DNA from: Candidatus Woesearchaeota archaeon
GTDB taxonomy: Archaea > Nanobdellota > Nanobdellia > SCGC-AAA011-G17 > GW2011-AR17
Assembly (NCBI GenBank): GCA_964411565.1
Contig: CAYPLB010000004.1
Location: forward strand, 32,500 to 96,499
DNA: 64,000 bases
Direction: 5' to 3'
A program made the position numbers and the translations under genes. This document shows, in pieces, positions 18,575-26,699 of the stretch. Numbering within the stretch: position 1 is the first letter of the stretch; every line of letters starts with the position of its first letter. Below the pieces are notes generated by a model, which was not told the origin of the DNA, searched no databases, and saw only the letters and a program-made list of their open reading frames with translations.

Positions 18575-19220
18575 AATGTAAAACCCTCATAAACATATAA
18601 AATAAAACTAGGAAACCTAACAATTGAATTAATTGCCCAACAACATAAAGATACTCTGTAGTGAAAATGTTAATTATGTAAAATAACTCTGCACAAGCTA
18701 ATAAGTAAAAGGAAGTGAAAACTAAGTTTGAATTTTTATTCTGCTTTTCTTGATAGTTAATAAAAAATTGGAAAGATAAGAAAGATAACAATACTAAAGA
18801 AGTTAAATGATACTTCAAAGTATATTGGTGTGAAAATAAAATGAATAAAAGTAAAAGAGCTAATAATAAAGATACAACCTTAGGATCCTTTATTTTGAAA
18901 GTAATTATTATTAAAATCATGTAAGCTAACAAAGTTAGGAATACTTGAATGAAAAATGCAAAATCAAAAGCAGATAAAAGTAAATTTATTTTGTCCGAAA
19001 GATGGAAAATTAATATTGAATTAAAAATTGAAAATACTAAAAATGATAATGAAATTAAAATGAAGGATAAACTGAAAAATTTGTATTTAGGCTCTTTTGT
19101 TAACTTGTATGCCTTAAAACTCATTAAAGCAATTAGAATTGTTACTAGAGTAAATACAAGTGCAAAAATAACATCAATCCCCCAGAACCATGTTGGCCCG
19201 TTCAAAACTAAAATACCCAT
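18549..19220 (-). CDS. Hypothetical ~7-TM membrane protein
   Basis: 223 aa with seven hydrophobic segments; overlaps the start of the wHTH gene. Confidence 0.75.
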   Translation of the reverse strand: MGILVLNGPTWFWGIDVIFALVFTLVTILIALMSFKAYKLTKEPKYKFFSLSFILISLSFLVFSIFNSILIFHLSDKINLLLSAFDFAFFIQVFLTLLAYMILIIITFKIKDPKVVSLLLALLLLFILFSHQYTLKYHLTSLVLLSFLSFQFFINYQEKQNKNSNLVFTSFYLLACAELFYIINIFTTEYLYVVGQLIQLLGFLVLFYMFMRVLHYGSTKRKA

Positions 19221-19551
19221 TAGTACCTCGATTAAAAGTAATTACTTATAAGCTTTATGGAAAGACTGTATGTATATAGTATTCTATTTATTTATAAATG
19301 AAAATGAACTAATGTTCTCTAAGGTGGTAAAAAGAGGATGCAACACCTCACCTCCATTATACTGATGAAGGTTCAAGTCAATCTCCCCTTGGCTTGGACC
19401 TGATTATTTCTTTATGGAAAATTTTCAGAAAAATTGAAAAAATTTCAGAAACTCTTAGGAAGCTATTATTAAGTTTGAAATAAGTTATTAGATATGAAAT
19501 TCTGAACGAAACAAAAGTTTTTTAAATAAAACAAATAAATTGTAATGCAAT

Positions 19552-19751
19552 GCGGGGGTAGCAAAGTCTGGTCAAATGAAATCAAGGTTTTGGTTTCAGA
19601 CTATATGCGCAGGTAACTTGCACAAAGTACTTGTAGGTTTGCGAAACTTAAGACCAGAGTCTCATCTGAGATAGATTACATATGGATGTAATCAAATCGT
19701 AAGATATCCTGTCTCTTAGTGAGTTCGAGGGTTCAAATCCCTTCCCTCGCA
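19552..19751 (+). tRNA. tRNA-Leu(UAA) with three introns (21/22: 19576-19604; 30/31: 19614-19645; 37/38: 19653-19705)
   Basis: Removing the three introns gives GCGGGGG/CCCTCGC acceptor stem, GCA/TGC D stem, CAGGA-CTTAAGA-TCCTG anticodon arm, long variable arm and GAGGG-TTCAAAT-CCCTT T arm; each intron has a 4-bp central helix between 3-nt bulges. Confidence 0.9.
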
Positions 19752-19803
19752 TTTTTTATTTTTTCAAAACTCTTAAAAAGAGTTAATTTTCTTTTTATAC
19801 AAT

Positions 19804-20250
19804 ATGAAAACAATGAAAATAAAAGGAAACACAGTAATGGCAGTGATAGATGGAATTCTAAAAAGAAAAGGTTTAGAACCTATATATGTATTAGAAGAAT
19901 TTCTTAACGCTGAAACAAATGAACTAGAAAAGGGATTGATATTAAATGAAATAAAAGAGGTTGATAGTTCAAATTTCTCAGGTATACTTGTTTTTGTAAA
20001 TGGTGAAGAACCAGGTGAAGGTTCTAAAGCAATTGATGAAATAGAAATTAAAGTTGGTGATGAAGTTTCTATGGCTTTTGTAAAGCAAGGAGTTTACAAA
20101 GGAGACTTTAAACATTCAAAAGAAAATGCTATTGGTTTAGATGTTGTTCTTTTAGATTACAAAGTAAAAGAAGAAAATTTGAAAGAAGAAATTATTGTTC
20201 AGGTTCTTGAGGAATCAACCAAGAAAATTCTTTGTCCAAAGAAAGACTAA
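19804..20250 (+). CDS. Hypothetical protein
   Basis: 148-aa ORF downstream of the tRNA. Confidence 0.65.
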   Translation: MKTMKIKGNTVMAVIDGILKRKGLEPIYVLEEFLNAETNELEKGLILNEIKEVDSSNFSGILVFVNGEEPGEGSKAIDEIEIKVGDEVSMAFVKQGVYKGDFKHSKENAIGLDVVLLDYKVKEENLKEEIIVQVLEESTKKILCPKKD

Positions 20251-20389
20251 TTTTTCTTAAGTTTTGTTTTATTAATTGTAGTTTGTTTGTTGCTAATACT
20301 TGATTTGAAGAATTAATTGCTTGAATTAACTCATCACATGAACTTTGTAGCTGTGCTATGTCCTCTTTTATGTTATCTATTGGTTCCAT
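20192..20389 (-). CDS. Small coiled-coil hypothetical protein
   Basis: 65 aa, heptad-like, own TATA-like element; overlaps the convergent ORF by 59 nt. Confidence 0.5.
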   Translation of the reverse strand: MEPIDNIKEDIAQLQSSCDELIQAINSSNQVLATNKLQLIKQNLRKISLSLDKEFSWLIPQEPEQ

Positions 20390-20465
20390 ATTGATTTTTG
20401 AGTTTTTAAGGTATAAAAAGATTTAGGTAAATTTTATAAATGTAAGAAGAAAATAATGTTCTATT

Positions 20466-20556
20466 GCCCCAGTGGCTTAGCCTGGTATAGCACAGAAGAA
20501 ATTCGCTAAGTTGCTTGGTAAGCAAGAGATCCCGTGTTCAAATCACGGCTGGGGCT
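20466..20556 (+). tRNA. tRNA-Thr(GGU) with 17-nt intron at 27/28 (20494-20510)
   Basis: GCCCCAG/CTGGGGC acceptor stem; after splicing CTTGC-TTGGTAA-GCAAG; BHB central helix TAGC/GCTA, intron hairpin GAA-GAAA-TTC. Confidence 0.92.
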
Positions 20557-20653
20557 TTTTGTTGTTTCTTATCAGTAGTTACAAAAACGAAAGTTTTATA
20601 AATGATTAATTTGACCCTTATATTATTATAATAATAATAAATATAAGGAAAAA

Positions 20654-21307
20654 ATGAGAGAAACAATATTAACGTTAGGAATTGCAGTCGCAGGATGTTT
20701 AGAATCAGGTTGTTCAGATTATGCCCTGAATAGAGTTAATGAAAATGAGGTTTCTGAATATATAGAAGCTACTGAAGATACTGGAGAAGATTTAGAAAGT
20801 TATGATCCTTGTGATTCTTATGATGCTGGATGGAATGTATCTCCAAGTGGAGATGAAAGACCAAGTTGTTATGCAATTAAAAGTAATTTAGAAAGAATTA
20901 ATGAAGAAGATAATACAATTATTTGTACAACTATTGATTATAGAGCATGTTTTGATAATTATGGTACAATAGAAATGGTTATGAACAATAAAGAAATATT
21001 TGGTACAACTGGATATATAGCTTCACAAGCTACATGTAATGGAGAACCAGGATTTCTAAGTTTTTGTTTTATTGGAGATAATTATGAGAATGGAGAACAA
21101 ATGAGTACAGCAAATGCATATGCTGATTTTGATTTATGGCTAATTTCTCAAGAAGAAGAAGATAAAATGGAAGAAGAGGGAGTAGTATTTTTATCTGAGA
21201 AAGAAGAATATATTACAGAAAATCATGCAGGAGAACAATTATTTGGAGTTGTTGAATGTAGAAATGATGAACATTATGTTAGTGATTGTTCTGGTGCAAT
21301 TTATTAA
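20654..21307 (+). CDS. Acidic putative lipoprotein/exported protein
   Basis: N-terminal hydrophobic stretch with VAGC (and SGC); several Cys, strongly acidic. Confidence 0.65.
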   Translation: MRETILTLGIAVAGCLESGCSDYALNRVNENEVSEYIEATEDTGEDLESYDPCDSYDAGWNVSPSGDERPSCYAIKSNLERINEEDNTIICTTIDYRACFDNYGTIEMVMNNKEIFGTTGYIASQATCNGEPGFLSFCFIGDNYENGEQMSTANAYADFDLWLISQEEEDKMEEEGVVFLSEKEEYITENHAGEQLFGVVECRNDEHYVSDCSGAIY

Positions 21308-21388
21308 AACTTTTAATTTTTTTAGTTACTTCTTTTGAATTACATGCAAATTATATTCTAAAATATAAAAATCTTTATAAAGACAATA

Positions 21389-21436
21389 ATACGAGATATG
21401 GTAGAGTGAAGAGAGGAGATATACTATATCTTGTTG
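21389..21436 (+). promoter_or_regulatory. Tandem NrdR boxes upstream of nrdR-nrdD-nrdG
   Basis: ATACTATATCTTGTTG (21421-21436) and weaker ATACGAGATATGGTAG (21389-21404) resemble acaCwAtATaTwGtgt; 32 bp apart, just downstream of TATA-like TTTATAAA. Confidence 0.7.
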
Positions 21437-21446
21437 TTACTGAAAA

Positions 21447-21893
21447 ATGAAATGTCCATACTGCGCAAGCCCAGAAATCAAAGTTCTAGACAAAAGGAAT
21501 ACTGAAGAAGGGAAATCAATAAGAAGGCGAAGAGAGTGTTTGGGCTGTAACAAAAGATTTACAACATATGAAAGAGTTGAAGAATTTCCTGTTTATGTTA
21601 TAAAAAGAGATGGAAGAAAAGAACCCTTTTGTAGAGTTAAACTCAAAGAAGGTTTTGTAAGAGCCTTCGAAAAAAGACCAGTGACAATGGAAGTAATAGA
21701 TAATATTGTTGATGGATTACAGAGAAAAGTAAGAAACTATAAAGTAAATGAAATTGAAAGTAAAGTGTTGGGGAAATGGGTCTTAAGTTTGTTGAAAAAA
21801 ACTGATAAAATTGCTTATATCAGGTATGCTTCAATACACAAAGATATTGGAGATATACAAGAACTTGAAGCCGAAATACAAAAAATAATTTAG
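21447..21893 (+). CDS. nrdR: Transcriptional repressor NrdR
   Basis: MKCPYC...IRRRRECLGCNKRFTTYE Zn ribbon, ATP cone (VIKRDGRKEPF), AYIRYAS. Confidence 0.95.
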   Translation: MKCPYCASPEIKVLDKRNTEEGKSIRRRRECLGCNKRFTTYERVEEFPVYVIKRDGRKEPFCRVKLKEGFVRAFEKRPVTMEVIDNIVDGLQRKVRNYKVNEIESKVLGKWVLSLLKKTDKIAYIRYASIHKDIGDIQELEAEIQKII

Positions 21894-21903
21894 GGGAGTA
21901 AAA

Positions 21904-24900
21904 ATGGTATCACATGTAAAAAAAAGAGATGGAAGTATTATTCTTTTTAACAAAGAAAGAATAGCAGAAGCAATATTCAGTGCTATGAAAGCAACTGGAG
22001 TAGGCAATAAAGAAATGGCAAAAGAACTTGCACAGAAAGTTGCAAGAATAGTAGAAGAAAGAAATCCTTATCAAATTCCTTCAGTCGAAGATATTCAAGA
22101 TTGTATTGAAGATGTGTTAATAAAAGAAGGTGAACAAGGAATAGCAAAAGCCTTTATTATTTATAGAGAAAATAGAAGAAGAGAAAGAGAAAGTAAGAAA
22201 GTTCTTCTAGATGTTGAAGGTACTATGAAAGAATATCTTGATCAAATTGATTGGAGAGTAAATGAAAATAGTAATGTTGGTTTTTCTCTTGGTGGTTTGA
22301 TTTTATATATATCTGGAAAAATTACAGCTAATTATTGGTTGAATAATATTTATCCTGCTGAAATAAAAAATGCACATGTTAATGGAGATTTTCACTTACA
22401 TGATTTGAGTATGTTTAGCGGATATTCATTTTATAGAAATGAAGTTATTGTAGTTAGAGATAAGAAAACAAAAAGTCCATTAGTATTAAGTTTTGAACAA
22501 TTATATAAGTTAACTCAATCTAAAGTTGATCATGAAAATGGGTTTGAGATTAAGTATACAAATGAATATGAGATATTTGATGAAAAAGGTTGGACAGATC
22601 TTAAAAGAGTTCTTAGACATAAAACAACAAAACCATTAATTTCATTGAACACTTTTAATGGGAAAAACTTAGTTGTGACAAATGATCATCCTTTTATTAC
22701 ATTAGAAGATGAAAAACAAATTATTTCCTGTCCTGGATGTGAAGGAAATAATGTTATAAAGAATAGAACAAATAAAATTGGAAAAGATTATTTTAAGTGT
22801 AAATCTTGTGAACAAAGGTTTGGTTTAGATAAAGAAACTTTGCCAAATTTGAGTAAAAGAAAAGAGATAAAAGCAGAGGAAGTAAAATTAACTAACTATG
22901 CATTAACTCCTGCATTTGAAATTGAACAAAATTTTAAAGATAATTTAAGTGTAGAAGATGGATGGTTTGTAGGACTTTTTATTGCTGAAGGATATTTTAA
23001 AGATAAAAATTTAGTTTTTGAAATGTCAGATAGTAGAGAATTTAGAAAGTTAGTGAATTATTTAGTTTATTCTGAAGTAGATTTTAACTTGAATAGTAAT
23101 AAAAGTAATTCAGGAATGCAAATGATTCAAGAAGGGAATAATATCTTGTACATAAAAACTATTTCTTTATCTGAAGAGTTACAAGAGATAATATCACAAA
23201 TAAGACCTTATGCATATAATAAAAATTTGCCAATGAATATGTTAAGTATTAAGTCAGAAGTTATCGGAGCAATGATCTCAGGAGTAATTGACGGAGATGG
23301 AGTAATTAGAAATGATGACCCATGGGTTTCAAGAGCTAATTTAAGGATGACTTCAAAAACTCTTTTAAGTCAAATTCAATTTTGGTTAGAATTAGAAGGA
23401 ATAAATTCTTCTTTGTTAACTATTGATGGATATGGAGAAAGAGAATATAAAGGACTAATAATAAAACCAAGTAAACAACTATATTCATTAACATTCTATA
23501 TTCCTGAAAGAAAAAAGAAATTATTTACAGAATGTTTGAAGATAGATAGTAGTTTTAAATATTCTAAAAGAGATTCATATAAACTTAAATCTCATTCACA
23601 TTTTAGAAAGATTGAAGCTATCGAAAATGATGATGAATATGTCTATGATATTACAACTGAAACAAGAACTTTTAATTGTAATGGAATGTTAGCTCATAAT
23701 TGTGCGGGCTGGTCATTAAGACAACTCTTAGAAGAAGGTTTTGGAGGAGTTTATGGAAAATTACAAACAAAACAACCAAAACATTTTGATACAGTAATTG
23801 GACAAATGGTTAACTTCTTAGGTACTATGCAGAATGAATGGGCAGGAGCACAAGCTTTGTCATCTGTTGATACTTATCTTGCTCCTTATGTAAGAGTAGA
23901 TAATATGACTTACAAACAAGTTAAACAACAAATGCAAAGACTGCTTTTTAACATAGCTACACCTAGTAGATGGGGAACACAAACACCATTTATTAATTTT
24001 ACATTTGATTGGACAGTTCCTGAAGATATGAGAGAAGAAAAAGTAATAATTGCTGGACAAAGACAAGAATCAAAATATAAAGATTATCAAAAAGAAATGG
24101 ATATGATCAATAGAGCTTTTATGGAATGTATGATGGAAGGAGATGCTGATGGAAGAATATTTACATTCCCAATTCCTACATATAACATTACAAAAGATTT
24201 TGATTGGGATAGTGAAAATTCAAACATGTTATTTGAAATGACATCAAAATATGGTATCCCTTATTTCCAAAATTTTGTTAATAGTGAATTGAAACCGACA
24301 GATGTAAGAAGTATGTGTTGTAGATTGCAATTAGATGTTAGAGAACTGAGAAATAAAACTGGAGGATTGTTTGGTTCAGGAGAAAATACAGGATCTATTG
24401 GAGTTGTTACAATTAATCTTCCAAGATTAGGAGAAGTAAGCAAAAGTAGAGAAGAATTCTTTAGAAGATTAGGAATACTTATGGATATGGGGAAAAATTC
24501 TTTAGAAATTAAAAGAAAAGTTGTTACAAGATATATGGAATATGGATTGTTGCCATTCACAAAAAGATATCTAGAAAACTTAGACCACCATTTTTCAACA
24601 ATAGGATTAATTGGAATGAATGAATGTTGTTTGAATTTCTTGAAAAAAGATATGATTGAAAAAGAAGGAAGAGATTTTGCAATTGAAGTCTTAGATTTTA
24701 TGAGATCAAAATTACAACAATACCAAGAAGAAACTGGACATATTTACAATTTAGAAGCTACCCCAGGAGAAGGTACTAGTTATAGATTAGCTAGAATCGA
24801 TAAGATGAAATATCCAAATATTATTACAGCTGGAGATGAAGAACCATATTATACAAATAGTTCACAACTTCCAGTAAATGCAACAGATGATATTTTTGAA

Positions 24901-25164
24901 GCATTGGATAGCCAAGAAGAATTACAATGTAAGTATACTGGTGGAACAGTATTTCATTGTTTTATTGGAGAAAAAATAGATGATGTAGAAGCGTGTAAAA
25001 AATTAGTTAAGAGGATTGCACATACATATAGAATCCCTTACTATACAATAACTCCAACATTTAGTATTTGTCCAGAACATGGATACATTGCAGGAGAACA
25101 TCATGAATGTCCTTATGAAGCAGTTGTTAAAGTAAAAGGAGGTGAAAAAAATGAGCAAATGTGA
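21904..25164 (+). CDS. nrdD: Class III anaerobic ribonucleotide reductase large chain (ATP cone, intein-containing, lacks glycyl-radical C-terminus)
   Basis: VKKRDG ATP cone, HLHDL..GY|CAGWSL, QNEWAGAQA, RSMCCRL, GSIGVVTINL, EATPGE, YTGGT, TPTFSICPEHG. Confidence 0.93.
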   Translation: MVSHVKKRDGSIILFNKERIAEAIFSAMKATGVGNKEMAKELAQKVARIVEERNPYQIPSVEDIQDCIEDVLIKEGEQGIAKAFIIYRENRRRERESKKVLLDVEGTMKEYLDQIDWRVNENSNVGFSLGGLILYISGKITANYWLNNIYPAEIKNAHVNGDFHLHDLSMFSGYSFYRNEVIVVRDKKTKSPLVLSFEQLYKLTQSKVDHENGFEIKYTNEYEIFDEKGWTDLKRVLRHKTTKPLISLNTFNGKNLVVTNDHPFITLEDEKQIISCPGCEGNNVIKNRTNKIGKDYFKCKSCEQRFGLDKETLPNLSKRKEIKAEEVKLTNYALTPAFEIEQNFKDNLSVEDGWFVGLFIAEGYFKDKNLVFEMSDSREFRKLVNYLVYSEVDFNLNSNKSNSGMQMIQEGNNILYIKTISLSEELQEIISQIRPYAYNKNLPMNMLSIKSEVIGAMISGVIDGDGVIRNDDPWVSRANLRMTSKTLLSQIQFWLELEGINSSLLTIDGYGEREYKGLIIKPSKQLYSLTFYIPERKKKLFTECLKIDSSFKYSKRDSYKLKSHSHFRKIEAIENDDEYVYDITTETRTFNCNGMLAHNCAGWSLRQLLEEGFGGVYGKLQTKQPKHFDTVIGQMVNFLGTMQNEWAGAQALSSVDTYLAPYVRVDNMTYKQVKQQMQRLLFNIATPSRWGTQTPFINFTFDWTVPEDMREEKVIIAGQRQESKYKDYQKEMDMINRAFMECMMEGDADGRIFTFPIPTYNITKDFDWDSENSNMLFEMTSKYGIPYFQNFVNSELKPTDVRSMCCRLQLDVRELRNKTGGLFGSGENTGSIGVVTINLPRLGEVSKSREEFFRRLGILMDMGKNSLEIKRKVVTRYMEYGLLPFTKRYLENLDHHFSTIGLIGMNECCLNFLKKDMIEKEGRDFAIEVLDFMRSKLQQYQEETGHIYNLEATPGEGTSYRLARIDKMKYPNIITAGDEEPYYTNSSQLPVNATDDIFEALDSQEELQCKYTGGTVFHCFIGEKIDDVEACKKLVKRIAHTYRIPYYTITPTFSICPEHGYIAGEHHECPYEAVVKVKGGEKNEQM
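22426..23700 (+). mobile_element. Intein (425 aa) with LAGLIDADG endonuclease in NrdD
   Basis: Begins S (SFYRNEV), block B VTNDHPF, LAGLIDADG-like WFVGLFIAEG and MISGVIDGDG, ends VYDITT...GMLAHN, then extein Cys. Confidence 0.92.
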
Positions 25165-25375
25165 AAAAAAGTGTGAAGTATATAGTAGAGTAGTTGGATA
25201 CCATAGACCTGTTGAACATTGGAACAAAGGGAAAAAGGCAGAGTTTTTCGATAGAAAGACCTTTTGTATGAAAGCAAGTCTAGAAAGTAAATATGGAAGA
25301 ACTCTGGAGGCTTTCAATAGTAAAAAGGAAGTCTCTGAAACAGAGATTTTGGAAGTGAAAAATGTTGAAGTTTAA
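25151..25375 (+). CDS. Stand-alone NrdD glycyl-radical C-terminal domain
   Basis: CEVYSRVVGYHRPVEHWNKGKKAEF..R; own SD GGAGGTGA; overlaps nrdD stop. Confidence 0.85.
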   Translation: MSKCEKKCEVYSRVVGYHRPVEHWNKGKKAEFFDRKTFCMKASLESKYGRTLEAFNSKKEVSETEILEVKNVEV

Positions 25376-26057
25376 TGGGATAATTAGAAGTTCTTTGATA
25401 GATTATCCTGGACAGATTACTTCTGTTCTTTTTCTTTCTAAATGTAATTTTAGATGTCCTTTTTGCCATAATCCAGAATTAGCTTTGAATTCTAATGAAG
25501 GAGAAAATCTTGATGAAGAATTAATTCTAAAATTTTTAGATGATAGAAAAGGAAAATTAGATGCTGTTACAATAACAGGAGGAGAACCAACATTAAGTGA
25601 AGGACTTTTAGAGTTTATTATGAAAGTCAAAGAAAAAGGTTTTTTAGTAAAAATAGATAGTAATGGAACAAGACCGAAAATACTTAAAAAAATGATTCCT
25701 TATGTTGATTTTATTGCAATGGATATAAAAAGTTCATTAGATAAATATGAAGAAGCTTGTGGAGTTGTTTGTAATAAAGAAAAAATTAAAGAAAGTGTAG
25801 AATTGATTAAAAATTCTGGAAAAGATTATGAGTTTAGAACAACTTTAGTTAGAAGTTTAACTAATGATGAAGATTTAAAAGAAATATGTGAATGGTTGAA
25901 AGGAAGTAAAAAATATGTATTACAACAATTTGAAAAAAGAAATCCAATATTAAAAGAAGAATTAAAAAATGAAGCAATATATACTCCTGAGGAATTAAAT
26001 ATATTTAAAGAAATTTGTTCGGAATATTTTGAAGTAGTTGAAATTAGAGGATATTAG
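25362..26057 (+). CDS. nrdG: Anaerobic RNR activating enzyme (radical SAM)
   Basis: SLIDYPG, CNFRCPFCHN, ITGGEPT, DSNG, YEFRTT. Confidence 0.92.
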   Translation: MLKFNGIIRSSLIDYPGQITSVLFLSKCNFRCPFCHNPELALNSNEGENLDEELILKFLDDRKGKLDAVTITGGEPTLSEGLLEFIMKVKEKGFLVKIDSNGTRPKILKKMIPYVDFIAMDIKSSLDKYEEACGVVCNKEKIKESVELIKNSGKDYEFRTTLVRSLTNDEDLKEICEWLKGSKKYVLQQFEKRNPILKEELKNEAIYTPEELNIFKEICSEYFEVVEIRGY

Positions 26058-26652
26058 CTTCTGCAATTTTTTCTTGAATTAATTTATTTAAGTCTAATTT
26101 TTGAAGTTCTAATTCTATTCTATAAACTGAAGATTTTGTTGAAGGATTACTTGGACCTAATAATGAACATATCTCAGGACCTTTTGAAATCTCATAAGTT
26201 TCAATTTCTCTTGCAAAGTTAATAATTTCTTGTTTGTCAAAAGTAAGTAAAGGCCTTAATATTTTTAATTTGAGTTGAGATTCAATAGATTTTAAATTAG
26301 TTAATGTCTGTGAAGAAACTTGTGCAAGATTTTCTCCTGTGATTAGGAATTCTGCTTTTTCTTTTTCTGCAATAAACTCTGCTGCTTTAAACATTGCAAT
26401 TTTTGAAAGAATAAAATAGTCCCTAGGATTACATTTTTCTACTAAAGCTTTGAAAACATCAGCAAAAGAAATTAAATAAATCTTTTTAACATTAAGTTTT
26501 TTTGATAATTTTTTTACTTTTTCAATTTCATGTTCCCCAGTTAAAGGTAGTTGGTGGAAGTGAACAGCGACTATGTCAAAGTGTTCTTTCATTCTATGAA
26601 TTGCTACAGGTGAATCTATTCCACCAGATAAAAGAGCTATTGCTTTTTGCAT
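26044..26652 (-). CDS. ThiI-like catalytic PP-loop domain without THUMP
   Basis: LLSGGIDSPVA, ITGENLAQVSSQTLTNL, ILRPLLTFDKQEII..A..I.TYEIS...EIC. Confidence 0.85.
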   Translation of the reverse strand: MQKAIALLSGGIDSPVAIHRMKEHFDIVAVHFHQLPLTGEHEIEKVKKLSKKLNVKKIYLISFADVFKALVEKCNPRDYFILSKIAMFKAAEFIAEKEKAEFLITGENLAQVSSQTLTNLKSIESQLKLKILRPLLTFDKQEIINFAREIETYEISKGPEICSLLGPSNPSTKSSVYRIELELQKLDLNKLIQEKIAEANIL

Positions 26653-26699
26653 GAGATTTAGGATAAAATAAGTTTTTATAAACTTAACTAATAAAAAAA

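Noticed and set aside
19348-19355. TCACCTCC as a 16S rRNA 3' fragment
   Set aside because: Only 8 nt match; no surrounding rRNA sequence
19362-19405. CTGATGA plus stem as a hammerhead ribozyme or fluoride riboswitch
   Set aside because: The stem is followed by GATT rather than GAAA, and no stem III or crcB-type 5' pseudoknot was found; kept only as a generic ncRNA candidate
19420-19510. AT-rich TTTCAGAAA repeats
   Set aside because: Too short and AT-rich to distinguish from background
19719-19907. 62-aa ORF
   Set aside because: Overlaps the tRNA-Leu 3' exon and the 19804 gene; spurious
25162-25176. TGA readthrough (Sec or recoding) joining NrdD to its C-terminal domain
   Set aside because: The glycyl-radical motif is in a different frame, and another in-frame TGA follows shortly
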